Source: a virus
Taxonomy: Duplodnaviria; Caudoviricetes
DNA length: 49,461 nt
IMG/VR virus record: IMGVR_UViG_3300037760_000064
Span: 1-49,461 of that record
Direction: 5' to 3' (one strand)
Within the stretch, counting starts at the first letter, position 1. The number at the start of each line of letters is the position of its first letter. A program made the position numbers and the translations under genes. Shown one piece after another: positions 9,137 to 16,839 of the stretch. The notes under the pieces are model-generated. The model was not told the DNA's origin. It did no database searches and was given only the letters and a program-made list of their open reading frames with translations.

Positions 9137-9321
9137 GGTGACCTCCGGTACAGCTGCTCTAGCTGGGCGACCTCGGCGACCTGCTCGCACATCTCGTCCC
9201 ACTGCTCCGGCGTGGCCACGAGCACGTGATGCTCGACCCGCGGGTAGCGGACGAACAGCCACCCATTGAGCCCGGTGAGCGTCAGGTAGATGGCGAGGAC
9301 GAGCCACTCGACGGCGGTCAC
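9133..9321 (-). CDS. Small membrane protein
   Basis: TM segment WLVLAIYLTLTGLNGWLFV; GTGA couplings. Confidence 0.5.
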   Translation of the reverse strand: MTAVEWLVLAIYLTLTGLNGWLFVRYPRVEHHVLVATPEQWDEMCEQVAEVAQLEQLYRRSP

Positions 9322-9530
9322 CTCGACCACCGCCAGGTGAGCTCGTCCAGCCGCACCCACTGGTGCTGGCGGGTGCGCAGCCACCGGAACCGGCGCTTAG
9401 GGCGGGCGTAGCGGCCGGTCATGAGGTGGCCTTGACGGTTGCGCGGCGAGCCTGGTTCATCTCGTCCATGTTCTGCTACCTTTCGTTGCGAGTGGTGTGG
9501 TTCGGCCCCGTCCCCTGTGTGGCCGGCGGT

Positions 9531-9755
9531 CTATGGGGTGTCGGGAATGCAGTCGGCGCACAGGTAGTCGCCGTCTGTCGTCCTAGCGATCGGGTCGTCG
9601 GCGGCGAATCGCCTCTCGCACCACCCGCATACGCCCGGGTAGCGAGCGGCGAACCGGTACGCGACCTCGAAATCTGGCGACACTGGTTCGCCCGTCCGGC
9701 CGGTGCAGTGAGCGCACGACTCCTCGGCCAGGTCAGAGAACTCGCAGCGAGCCAT
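9531..9755 (-). CDS. Small Cys-rich (Zn-finger) protein
   Basis: C..CAHC and FAARYPGVCGWC...YLCADC; coupled to the recT stop. Confidence 0.65.
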   Translation of the reverse strand: MARCEFSDLAEESCAHCTGRTGEPVSPDFEVAYRFAARYPGVCGWCERRFAADDPIARTTDGDYLCADCIPDTP

Positions 9756-10630
9756 CACTTGCTCCCTTCGGGCCGAGCGGCCCGGTGGGCGTTCGGGTCG
9801 TCGGGGGCGTCCATGAGCTCGCCCTCCAGCACCTCGCCCGTGTCGCCATCGACGCCGGGGGGCGGAAGCTCGTGATGGCCATGCGCCTGGGCCACTTCGG
9901 CAGCCAAGGCAGTCCGCTCCTGCTGGCCGGCGACCGGCTCGCTGGACTTGGACACATACGGCTCCAGCCGGCGCAGTGCGGTCTTCTTGTACATGGCGTC
10001 CGGGTGCTTCACCCATGGCGAGTACTGGCTGTTGGCTCCGTCGCTGGACTCCTTGGCCGCCGTGATCTCTCGCTGGCCGACGACGGCCACCTTCGATACC
10101 GCCCCGCCGGTCAAGACGGCGTAGGCGTATGCGCCCTTGAGCTCGCCGCGGTCGCCGAACCAGTCGGCCTCGTGGAGCGGCTGCGTCTGCGGCCCATCCC
10201 AACGTGGTGGGCTCTGGGTGTCGACGGCTCCTGGACGCCACACGAACACGTCGTTGCTGTACACGGCCTCGGCGACGACGGACAGGACGTTGGCGGCGTT
10301 GAGCATCCGCTTGGCGATGCCCTTGTAGCCCTCGACGCCGAGGACCTCAGGCTGACCCTTCCGCTTCTTCGGGATGAGGTAGTACTCGTCGGTGCCGGGC
10401 TCGTGGCCTAGTCGGGCGGCGTCGAGCAGGGCGTGGAGCAGGCTGCCGGGGTTGTTCTCGGCGGCGGCGCGCAGGTCCTTGTCGCGGCGCAGCGCACCCT
10501 GGGCGAGACGGACGAATGTCTGCGGCTTGAACGCGGGCGGCAGTACGAGAGCGAAGTCGCTCTGGTATTGGCCGATGACATTGGACGGGCTGTTGTCTGC
10601 CTTGGCGAGGGCGTTCCCGGTGGCGGTCAT
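9755..10630 (-). CDS. recT: RecT-like single-strand annealing recombinase
   Basis: SLLHALLDAARLG.EP...YYLIP...GYKG...EAVYSND.F...GAYAYA...SPW..HPDAMYKKTALRRL. Confidence 0.92.
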   Translation of the reverse strand: MTATGNALAKADNSPSNVIGQYQSDFALVLPPAFKPQTFVRLAQGALRRDKDLRAAAENNPGSLLHALLDAARLGHEPGTDEYYLIPKKRKGQPEVLGVEGYKGIAKRMLNAANVLSVVAEAVYSNDVFVWRPGAVDTQSPPRWDGPQTQPLHEADWFGDRGELKGAYAYAVLTGGAVSKVAVVGQREITAAKESSDGANSQYSPWVKHPDAMYKKTALRRLEPYVSKSSEPVAGQQERTALAAEVAQAHGHHELPPPGVDGDTGEVLEGELMDAPDDPNAHRAARPEGSK

Positions 10631-11508
10631 GCTGCCTCCTTCGGGTGGATGGGGTACAGGGACACGGACTCGCCTCGGCCCGGTTGGCGGCGGGCGATGG
10701 GGTCGCCGGCTACGAGGGCTCGGCGGGCGGTGCCCATGTGGTCGAGCAGGGTGGTTTTCGCGATCTGGGCTCGCTTCTTCGAGTCCTTGAGGTCGAGGTC
10801 GGACGCCAGGTACTCGTCGCCGACGGGTGCAGGGATCTCGACGTCCTCACCGTCGATGTCCGGGTGCAGGGCGCGGACCGTTTCGTACGTCGACATGGAG
10901 TCGTCCAGCGACGGGCGCTGCCCATTCACTACGGTCAGCCAGAACGCCTCCGCCTTCGACCTGATGAGTTCAGCCTCGGCCGCGTCCCACGGCACGTCGT
11001 ACTCGCGATAGTCGTTGCCGCCGATGAGCACCGACAAGGTGAGTCGGTGCACGTTGAGGACGTCCATGTACCAGAGGCACTGCACCCGGTAGTACGGAGG
11101 AATCGCGGCGGGGTCGACGGAGCCGTCCTCGGCCCAGTCGTAGGAGTCGTTCTTGTCGGCGGTCTTGCCCTCCCACAGTCGGCCGACGCGGGCATCAGGG
11201 TCGAGGATCTCGCCGTCCGGGCTCGCGATGCGCCAGTCGTCGACGACGTGCTGTCGGCCGAAGATGTGCACCATCTGTCCGCCGCGACGATCATGTTCGC
11301 CGCGAAGCACCGGCTCTAGGAGCTTGCCCCAGTACATCGGCTGGGACTCCTCGCCTGGGCCGACCCCGCCGCGCTTGCGGTGCCACAGCGTGAATGGCGA
11401 GCACCACGGCGAGAGGCCGATCGCGGCCGCAACCTCTGAGCCGCCCAGACCAACCCGGCGAGCCTCGTGCCACTCAGGGGTGCCGACTGCGGCGGTGATG
11501 ACCTTCAC
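10627..11508 (-). CDS. YqaJ/RecE-like (lambda Exo family) exonuclease
   Basis: EWHEARRVGLGGSEVAAAIGLSPW...WGKLLEP...ASPDG...EGKT...YYRVQCLWYM; adjacent to recT. Confidence 0.93.
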   Translation of the reverse strand: MKVITAAVGTPEWHEARRVGLGGSEVAAAIGLSPWCSPFTLWHRKRGGVGPGEESQPMYWGKLLEPVLRGEHDRRGGQMVHIFGRQHVVDDWRIASPDGEILDPDARVGRLWEGKTADKNDSYDWAEDGSVDPAAIPPYYRVQCLWYMDVLNVHRLTLSVLIGGNDYREYDVPWDAAEAELIRSKAEAFWLTVVNGQRPSLDDSMSTYETVRALHPDIDGEDVEIPAPVGDEYLASDLDLKDSKKRAQIAKTTLLDHMGTARRALVAGDPIARRQPGRGESVSLYPIHPKEAA

Positions 11509-11666
11509 GACAGCGCCTCCTTCACCGCGCGGATGTGCGCGCACGCGGCGTCGCCGGCCCAGCCGCACGTGCAGAACCGCTGGCCCGACTGGTCGAGTGC
11601 AACGCCGTCCTTGATGGCGCGCTCGTGTGGGATTCGACCGCCGGAGGGGTCGATGATCGTCAACAT
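11505..11666 (-). CDS. Small SWIM-like Zn-finger protein
   Basis: FCTC.....CAHI motif; TGATG coupling. Confidence 0.55.
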   Translation of the reverse strand: MLTIIDPSGGRIPHERAIKDGVALDQSGQRFCTCGWAGDAACAHIRAVKEALS

Positions 11667-12427
11667 CAGGCACCGACGGTGGTGCTGAGGGCCTGCATCT
11701 CGGAGTCGGTCACGTCTCGGGCGACGTGTCCGGTTAGTCGCGCGTGGTAGTCGAGGAGGTCGGAGAGGAATCCGACGAGCGCCAACGAGTCGGCGGTGTC
11801 GGCGTTGGCGGCGGCGTAGGCGTAGGCGGCGTAGGCGGCGGCGTTGGCGGCGGCGTAGGCGTAGGCGGCGTTGGCGGCGGCGTAGGCGTAGGCGTAGGCG
11901 GCGTCGGCGTAGGCGGCGTTGGCGGCGGCGTAGGCGTAGGCGGCGTAGGCGGCGGCGTAGGCGTAGGCGTAGGCGGCGTCGGCGTAGGCGGCGTTGGCGG
12001 CGGCGTAGGCGTAGGCGGCGTTGGCGGCGGCGTTGGCGTTCTTTTTGGTGGGCTCGTTCGCCCACATTTCGGCCGCATCAGTCGCAGCCACACAGGCCGC
12101 TCGGTCACCGGCGCGCAACAGATGCTCCACCCGACGGGCCGACCAAACCGCCAACCGCACACACAGAATCCGCCGGTCCAGCTGCGGTCGCATGTCGGCC
12201 GTGCCGAACAAGCGACCAATCAGCGGCACCAGCAGGTGCCGGTCCGCATCCGGCAAGGCGTCGTTGACCGTCCGCGCAGCACGAGCCAGCACCGGGTGTG
12301 TGCACGACGGGCTGTCGCCGAACTCCTCCCCGGCGAGCAGGGACACGTACTCCATCAGGCAGGCACCTTCGGACGGGTCCTCATGCGCGCCAGCGGACAG
12401 GATGGGGAGGAAATCGGGGACAGTCAT
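11666..12427 (-). CDS. Ala/Tyr low-complexity repeat protein with conserved N-terminal domain
   Basis: GAH....GACLMEYVSLLAGE.F.DSPSCTHPVL...VND domain, then a ~80-codon A/Y/N/D repeat tract; GAGAGGA RBS. Confidence 0.8.
   Translation of the reverse strand: MTVPDFLPILSAGAHEDPSEGACLMEYVSLLAGEEFGDSPSCTHPVLARAARTVNDALPDADRHLLVPLIGRLFGTADMRPQLDRRILCVRLAVWSARRVEHLLRAGDRAACVAATDAAEMWANEPTKKNANAAANAAYAYAAANAAYADAAYAYAYAAAYAAYAYAAANAAYADAAYAYAYAAANAAYAYAAANAAAYAAYAYAAANADTADSLALVGFLSDLLDYHARLTGHVARDVTDSEMQALSTTVGA
11801..12040. repeat. Low-complexity coding repeat built from GCC/TAC/AAC/GAC codons
   Basis: Tandem GGCGTA/GGCGTT/GGCGGC units with longer internal duplications. Confidence 0.95.
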
Positions 12428-12507
12428 TGGCGGGGTTCCTCTCGGGTAGGGGGCGGCCGGGGGGTTGACGTCCTTGACGGCGCGACCGCCGGAAGGGTCG
12501 GGGACCG

Positions 12508-12711
12508 TCAGCACGTCGCACCCCCGACCAGCCGGTAGTGCCGCCGCGTCCAGTCCCACGCCGAGGGCCAGTCCGGCTCCGTGTGGGAGGTGTGCCAATG
12601 CCCGCGGGTCGGGTCGAAGTCGTCGATCTCGATGCGCACAGCGCCGTGATCGGCAAAAATGTGGTAATGCGGGAGTGACGCGTGCTGGCTGTAATGGTCG
12701 GTCTGGATCAT
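12508..12711 (-). CDS. Hypothetical protein
   Basis: TAATG coupling to the Tas-like gene. Confidence 0.45.
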   Translation of the reverse strand: MIQTDHYSQHASLPHYHIFADHGAVRIEIDDFDPTRGHWHTSHTEPDWPSAWDWTRRHYRLVGGATC

Positions 12712-13913
12712 TACGACGGCTCCTCGTCATGTTCGGCGGCAGCAGCCCCGGCGCCACGTATGTGGGCGTCGGAAGGGCGTTGGCCGGGGCCGCTGCCTGT
12801 CCGGTGGACGCGCCGGGTCTCACGCCACAGCGCTTTCAGGACTTCCTTTGAGGTGATGCGCAGCGCGTCGGCGTGGCGGTGCCCGTCAGACCACGGCGTG
12901 CCGGGCTGGGCTGGCTTCCCGGATGGGCCGCAGCGCACGCACTCCACGTCGTGCATCCGGCCTTCGGTGGCTGCCTTGCGCTTGTCGTAGATTTCGCGGT
13001 TGCCGGCCTTGAGCATCGACTCGGCGATGTTGTAGGCGCGCATCTTCGCGGCGGTGGACCAGTTGGCCTGCTCGCCTCGTCGGCGCCTCTGTCCCGGCTT
13101 CAGCCCGCAATATCCCCACAGCTCTGACGGGGTTCGGGGTCGGTCGTGCAGGGTGTTCCAGTACGGGTCGCCGATCGCGGCCAGCAGCCGGGCTGCCTGC
13201 TTCTCCCCGACCCCGCGCTGCTCCTTCACCCACGCGCCGAGCGGGTGCTTCCGCATCGCCCGGTTCAGGTTCAGCGTCGCCTGGTGTTCCAGCTTCGCGA
13301 TCCCGTCGACGACACCGGCCAGGCGCGCCACGTCGGGGTGCGACTCGTCCAGCCCGAAGCCGCGCTGCCCGCCGTCCTTGTCCACCCCCGTGCGGGTCAG
13401 CTGACGCAGCCGGTTCTCGTTCGCGATGCGGGTACGTTCCAGGTCGTCGAGGACGTCGGCGAGCAGCGCGAGAGTGGGGTCCGCCAGCGGCTCGGTTATG
13501 GGCACCGTCCAGTCAGTGGCTGGCGGACCCCACGAGGGTGCGACAACGGCGAGATGGGAATGGGCATCGTGTGGTTTTTGGCCGTTGTCGCTGCTTGAGC
13601 CCCCGCCGACGCGGCGAAGATGGGCGTCGAACTCGGGATGGTCGGCGGGGATGTTTGGCGGCACCTGCGTAGCGACCATGGGTTGCGGCCGTGTCGTGGC
13701 GGGTGCCGTGTCTTGCCCCGCACCGACGACTGCTGAATGGGCGTCGTTCGTCATCTGGCCGGTGCGGGAGTTTGGACCTGCCGACGACGGCAGTTGTTCG
13801 GGCGACGCAGCATCGTTGGTCGCCGGCAGGTGGTCCGTACCCGCAGCGACGTAGGCCAGCTGGGTGTCGTGGTCAGCATGGTCGCTGCGGGTAGTCAGTG
13901 TTGGGCGGCTCAT
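12711..13913 (-). CDS. tasA: TasA-like protein: IS110-related coiled-coil + Nop RNA-binding domain, no nuclease domain. The ORF also spans the guide array.
   Basis: LADVLDDLERTRIANENRLRQL coiled coil; HPL..W....GVGEKQAARLLAAIGDP...SELWGYCGL...WS...K...Y.IAE...Y..RK...GHRH..A.R...K..L..LW. No DEDD RuvC, no HNH, no IS110 catalytic SG. TIGR-like units at both ends. The true start is uncertain (13913 or ~13505). Confidence 0.8.
   Translation of the reverse strand: MSRPTLTTRSDHADHDTQLAYVAAGTDHLPATNDAASPEQLPSSAGPNSRTGQMTNDAHSAVVGAGQDTAPATTRPQPMVATQVPPNIPADHPEFDAHLRRVGGGSSSDNGQKPHDAHSHLAVVAPSWGPPATDWTVPITEPLADPTLALLADVLDDLERTRIANENRLRQLTRTGVDKDGGQRGFGLDESHPDVARLAGVVDGIAKLEHQATLNLNRAMRKHPLGAWVKEQRGVGEKQAARLLAAIGDPYWNTLHDRPRTPSELWGYCGLKPGQRRRRGEQANWSTAAKMRAYNIAESMLKAGNREIYDKRKAATEGRMHDVECVRCGPSGKPAQPGTPWSDGHRHADALRITSKEVLKALWRETRRVHRTGSGPGQRPSDAHIRGAGAAAAEHDEEPS
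12738..12797 (-). ncRNA. Single downstream TIGR-like stem-loop guide unit (unit 8)
   Basis: ggcagcggccccgg CCA acgcccttc CG acgc CCA catacgtgg CG ccggggctgctgcc. Confidence 0.85.
13474..13893 (-). ncRNA. Stem-loop TIGR-like array, 7 dual-spacer guide units (period 58-62 nt)
   Basis: Every unit is a unique 10-15 bp stem closing CCA-N9-CG-NNNC-CCA-N9-CG (unit 2 has CCG at the second box). Units at 13838-13893, 13776-13831, 13717-13768, 13659-13708, 13601-13650, 13540-13591, 13474-13533. Confidence 0.88.
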
Positions 13914-14383
13914 GCGGCACGCCCCAAAGCGTCAGCCAGAACATCCTCAGGCAGCGACGCGCACGTCGCCGTGCCCACCAGATGCCCGGCAAGCTTCTCG
14001 AACCGCTCCGCCGTAGCGAGATTCTCGTCCGCGATACGGCGCCGCTCCGCTGCGATGTACAGCAGATCGTCACGGGTGCAGTCACGCAGCAGCTTCCACC
14101 CAGCCGGCGTGAACAGCCGATCCTGAAGATGGCGCCGCCACCCCTCACGGATCGCCGCCACCTTCCACGACGCCGGCGCCTTCGGATGCACCGCCACCGG
14201 CATGTGCGAGCGGCGCGACATCATCACCAGCCGGGCGAACTGCCGCAACACCTGCTGCAACGCGGCCGCGTAGTCATCGACAGTGAGCCGGCGGTACGCC
14301 TCCTCCGCCACCTCAGCCGGGTCGGCGAGGTCGGTCGAGTCCAGCACGTCGGCGATGACCGACCGGAGATTGAACTCGGTCAC
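13910..14383 (-). CDS. Hypothetical protein, candidate Tas partner
   Basis: GAAGGAG RBS, GTG start; its stop overlaps the ATG of the Tas/array ORF (ATGA). WKLLRDCTRDDL...AERRR.ADEN motif. Confidence 0.75.
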   Translation of the reverse strand: MTEFNLRSVIADVLDSTDLADPAEVAEEAYRRLTVDDYAAALQQVLRQFARLVMMSRRSHMPVAVHPKAPASWKVAAIREGWRRHLQDRLFTPAGWKLLRDCTRDDLLYIAAERRRIADENLATAERFEKLAGHLVGTATCASLPEDVLADALGRAA

Positions 14384-14516
14384 GATAGGATCTCCTTCGG
14401 TTGGTGGCCCCGTGTGGCTTGAGAGGTCGAGCGCGGGGCTACTGCTTGTCGGGGGCTTGGAGCCGGGCGAGCCTGCGGGACTTGTGGGGGCGTCGACCGC
14501 AGGCCCACCCGGCCGC

Positions 14517-14657
14517 TCACGGGTAGGTCTCGGGTTGTCGCTCAAGTCGGTCGGCGTGGCGCTCGAACACCTCGGCCATCGCCTCGCGACCATCAGCGCG
14601 GTACGTGTCAGCCAGTGCCTGCATCGCCCGCGCCATGTGCAAATCCGCCTCGCTCAC
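14517..14657 (-). CDS. Small hypothetical protein (46 aa)
   Basis: GTGA coupling; helical MSEADLHMARAMQALAD. Confidence 0.45.
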   Translation of the reverse strand: MSEADLHMARAMQALADTYRADGREAMAEVFERHADRLERQPETYP

Positions 14658-14842
14658 GACCCACCCCCGATCAGCTGCGCCACATACCACGCCACCTGCG
14701 AACACACCAACACCACCGGCGCCACAAACAGCAGACCCAGCGCTAGGAACATCAGCGAGCAGCCACCACTCACCGGGAGGTTCTTCGGCCGCTGGTGGTA
14801 GTAGGGATTTCCTCCGGGGCTGCTGTAACGGGTGCGGGTCAT
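14654..14842 (-). CDS. Small membrane protein
   Basis: ATGA coupling; TM LMFLALGLLFVAPVVLV. Confidence 0.5.
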   Translation of the reverse strand: MTRTRYSSPGGNPYYHQRPKNLPVSGGCSLMFLALGLLFVAPVVLVCSQVAWYVAQLIGGGS

Positions 14843-15042
14843 GATCGAACTCCCCGCGGTGGCGTGTACGCAGGCAACGACCTCCACCAATCCATGAGGT
14901 CGTCATGGTCGATGCGGATATGCCGAGACCCGATCTTCCGCGCGAGCAGCCGCTCGTCCTTGATGGCCCGGTCAATGGTCTTCTCGCTGACCGAGACCTG
15001 TTCGGCGGCTTCGGTCTTGGTGTAGGCAATTTTGGCCATCAC
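14839..15042 (-). CDS. Excisionase (Xis)-family DNA-binding protein
   Basis: AYTKTEAAEQVSVSEKTIDRAIKDERLLARKIG...RI..DDL..W; third gene of the early operon. Confidence 0.85.
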   Translation of the reverse strand: MMAKIAYTKTEAAEQVSVSEKTIDRAIKDERLLARKIGSRHIRIDHDDLMDWWRSLPAYTPPRGVRS

Positions 15043-15284
15043 TCCCCCACCGCCTCGTAGTGCTCGGCGAACGTGATTGGGTCGACGGGGTACATCTCGC
15101 CGGTGCGCCGACGGACGATGAAATCTCCGATTGGCACGTCGGATGGGCCGCGAAGGGTTTGGATGACAAGGTCATCGCCGTTCTGCCAGATTGCCCCGGT
15201 TCTGCGCCACGATGCGGGGATTTCGTGGACCACCCCTTGCCATTCGACTGCGTCTATCTCGATAGGGCGGGATGCGTACCTCAT
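15039..15284 (-). CDS. Conserved small phage protein
   Basis: MRY.SRPIEIDAVEW...I.TLRG.....GDFIVR...GE.YPV.P..F...YE.V family pattern. Confidence 0.75.
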   Translation of the reverse strand: MRYASRPIEIDAVEWQGVVHEIPASWRRTGAIWQNGDDLVIQTLRGPSDVPIGDFIVRRRTGEMYPVDPITFAEHYEAVGE

Positions 15285-15532
15285 GACGCGTCCCGCTCGG
15301 TGTCGCGCTCGGATTCACCAAGCAGTTGCGGGAGTGGCACGCCGAGGCCCATGGCGATAAGCCCGAGCGTGGAACCACGGACAGCTCGGTGGCCATGTTC
15401 AACTCGGCGAAGGGTGAACAAGCTCACGGATGCGCGCTCGGCAAGGTCTTTCATCTTCATGCCCCGTGCCTCGCGGAGCCCGCGCACGATGCGCCCAATC
15501 TCTTCGGGTGCGGGGAGGGGAGATGTCTCCAT
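15281..15532 (-). CDS. cro: Cro-like XRE HTH protein
   Basis: IGRIVRGLREARGMKMKDLAERASVSLFTLRRVEHG; first gene of the leftward lytic operon, divergent from the repressor. Confidence 0.85.
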   Translation of the reverse strand: METSPLPAPEEIGRIVRGLREARGMKMKDLAERASVSLFTLRRVEHGHRAVRGSTLGLIAMGLGVPLPQLLGESERDTERDAS

Positions 15533-15535
15533 GCC

Positions 15536-15586
15536 GGAGACTCTAGGGCACTTTTAGAGTGTTATCAAGAGAGTTTAGGAGACTCT
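15536..15586 (-). promoter_or_regulatory. Leftward lytic promoter and operator repeats of the immunity switch
   Basis: Minus strand TTGATA (15563-68), 17 bp, TAGAGT (15540-45). GGAGACTCT repeated at 15536 and 15578, with inverted AGAGT half-sites. Confidence 0.7.
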
Positions 15587-15681
15587 TATTCGGCGTGTCG
15601 CCTGGACTGGAACCCCCAGGTCAGAGCGATTTATGCTCGCTCGGTCTTGTGTTTTCTCTCCTTTTCACTCATCCTTGGCCT

Positions 15682-16101
15682 GTGGCTGGCCGGAGCAAGT
15701 TGTCCGATAGGCAGCGCAAGCGGCTCGGCGAAATCATCGCCGAGCGCCGTAAGGAGCTTGGGCTGTGGCGGCAGCGCGACCTAGCTGACAGCGCAGGCGT
15801 GGGTATCGAGGTAGTGAATAATCTTGAGAACGGCCGGCGGTTCGCGAGCGATCGGAACATCTACCGGATCGAAGTGGCCCTCGACTGGAGCATCGGTGCC
15901 ATGGAGCGGATTGGCCGTGGCGGTGACCCCACCGACGAGGACATCCGTCCGAGCACCGACCAGCCAGTCCTCTACGACGAGATCGAGCGCAAGTTGTGGG
16001 TGCTCCCGCTGCCCGTGGCCGAGCGGCGGGGGATGATCGTGTTCTATCGCATGCAGCGTGAGCTAAACGAGGGCGGCGGCGACACCCAGGTGGTCAGCTG
16101 A
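15682..16101 (+). CDS. Immunity repressor (XRE HTH)
   Basis: RLGEIIAERRKELGL.RQRDLADSAGVG...VNNLENGR......IE.ALDW..G; divergent from cro. Start uncertain (GTG 15682 or TTG 15700). Confidence 0.85.
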   Translation: MAGRSKLSDRQRKRLGEIIAERRKELGLWRQRDLADSAGVGIEVVNNLENGRRFASDRNIYRIEVALDWSIGAMERIGRGGDPTDEDIRPSTDQPVLYDEIERKLWVLPLPVAERRGMIVFYRMQRELNEGGGDTQVVS

Positions 16102-16285
16102 CCGTGGCCAAGCGGGAGCGCCTCGTCCTGATTCCAGTGTCGTCGAGAATCCGCCAGGCATCAGAATGTGCGTCGACCGTGTGCCGGATTTTGTCATCCT
16201 GAGCGCACTTACGTCGCTCGTGAATCGCCAGAGATACCCAGAAAATGCCTAACCCAATACCGCTCCCGATGACGCTCAGCTTCAT
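16094..16285 (-). CDS. Possible small membrane protein
   Basis: N-terminal hydrophobic stretch; GGGGTGG RBS-like sequence; atypical codon usage. Confidence 0.35.
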   Translation of the reverse strand: MKLSVIGSGIGLGIFWVSLAIHERRKCAQDDKIRHTVDAHSDAWRILDDTGIRTRRSRLATVS

Positions 16286-16689
16286 CGCTAAACCACCCCT
16301 AGATCGGCTCCCACTTGTCAGCTGTAATCCCCCACGTCTGACATGTCCGGCACGCTATGACTGATCCATATCGCTGGATAGATGGCCAGAAAGGTCCGTG
16401 GCCGAATCGTTATAAGCGTGGGTGCTATTGTCTGGTATGCCCAGCTTCTAGCTACAGCTCTGCACAGCTAATGAGACGAGCATACTCAGGTACTGACCTG
16501 ACGGCCGGGAAATCTCCAAATCGCCGGAGTCGCCGCCACGAGCGCCTGCTCAGCCTCACCAGCGGACACACGAACACGACCAGGCGGCGGATACCCGGTG
16601 GTCTCATCGAATACGACAGGCACCACGCCTCCCGTTGCCCCCACCCATGGCCGGGCACCATACCGCAGAGATCGATCACCGTCGATACC

Positions 16690-16839
16690 TGCTGAGCTGA
16701 GCGAGCCGAACACCCCCAATATCCCGGATTTCTGGCGCTGAACGGGGCCCGCGATGCTGAGCGGATTCGCTCAGCATGCAGGTCAACGCCACAATCCGGT
16801 GCTGAGCGGCCACTTAGCACTCAGCTGGCCCGCTCAGCA
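16690..16839. repeat. Cluster of GCTGAGC(G) direct and inverted repeats downstream of traB
   Basis: Copies at ~16691, 16696, 16756 and 16801 (direct) and 16768 and 16831 (inverted), plus degenerate ones. Confidence 0.65.

Noticed and set aside
11801-12040. Diversity-generating retroelement (AAC/TAC/GAC variation), or the Pro-Thr, Gly-Val and Arg-rich ORFs in other frames
   Set aside because: No reverse transcriptase and no TR/VR pair in the window. The other frames are shadows of the GCC-rich tract.
12711-13913. IS110 transposase / insertion sequence
   Set aside because: It has the GVG...AARLLA.IGD / YCGL signature, but no N-terminal DEDD RuvC domain and no catalytic SG motif. It is coupled into the phage operon on both sides and flanked by guide-like units.
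14462-14513. Additional TIGR unit upstream of the partner gene
   Set aside because: It is a stem-loop, but its loop lacks the CCA-N9-CG...CCA-N9-CG scaffold.
15041-15076. Self-targeting by CRISPR spacer 1
   Set aside because: Only 23/36 identity, three mismatches in the first six positions and no TTN PAM.
16357-16820. ORFs 16357-16695 (+) and 16452-16820 (-)
   Set aside because: No clear RBS, motif or codon bias, so they cannot be supported as genes.
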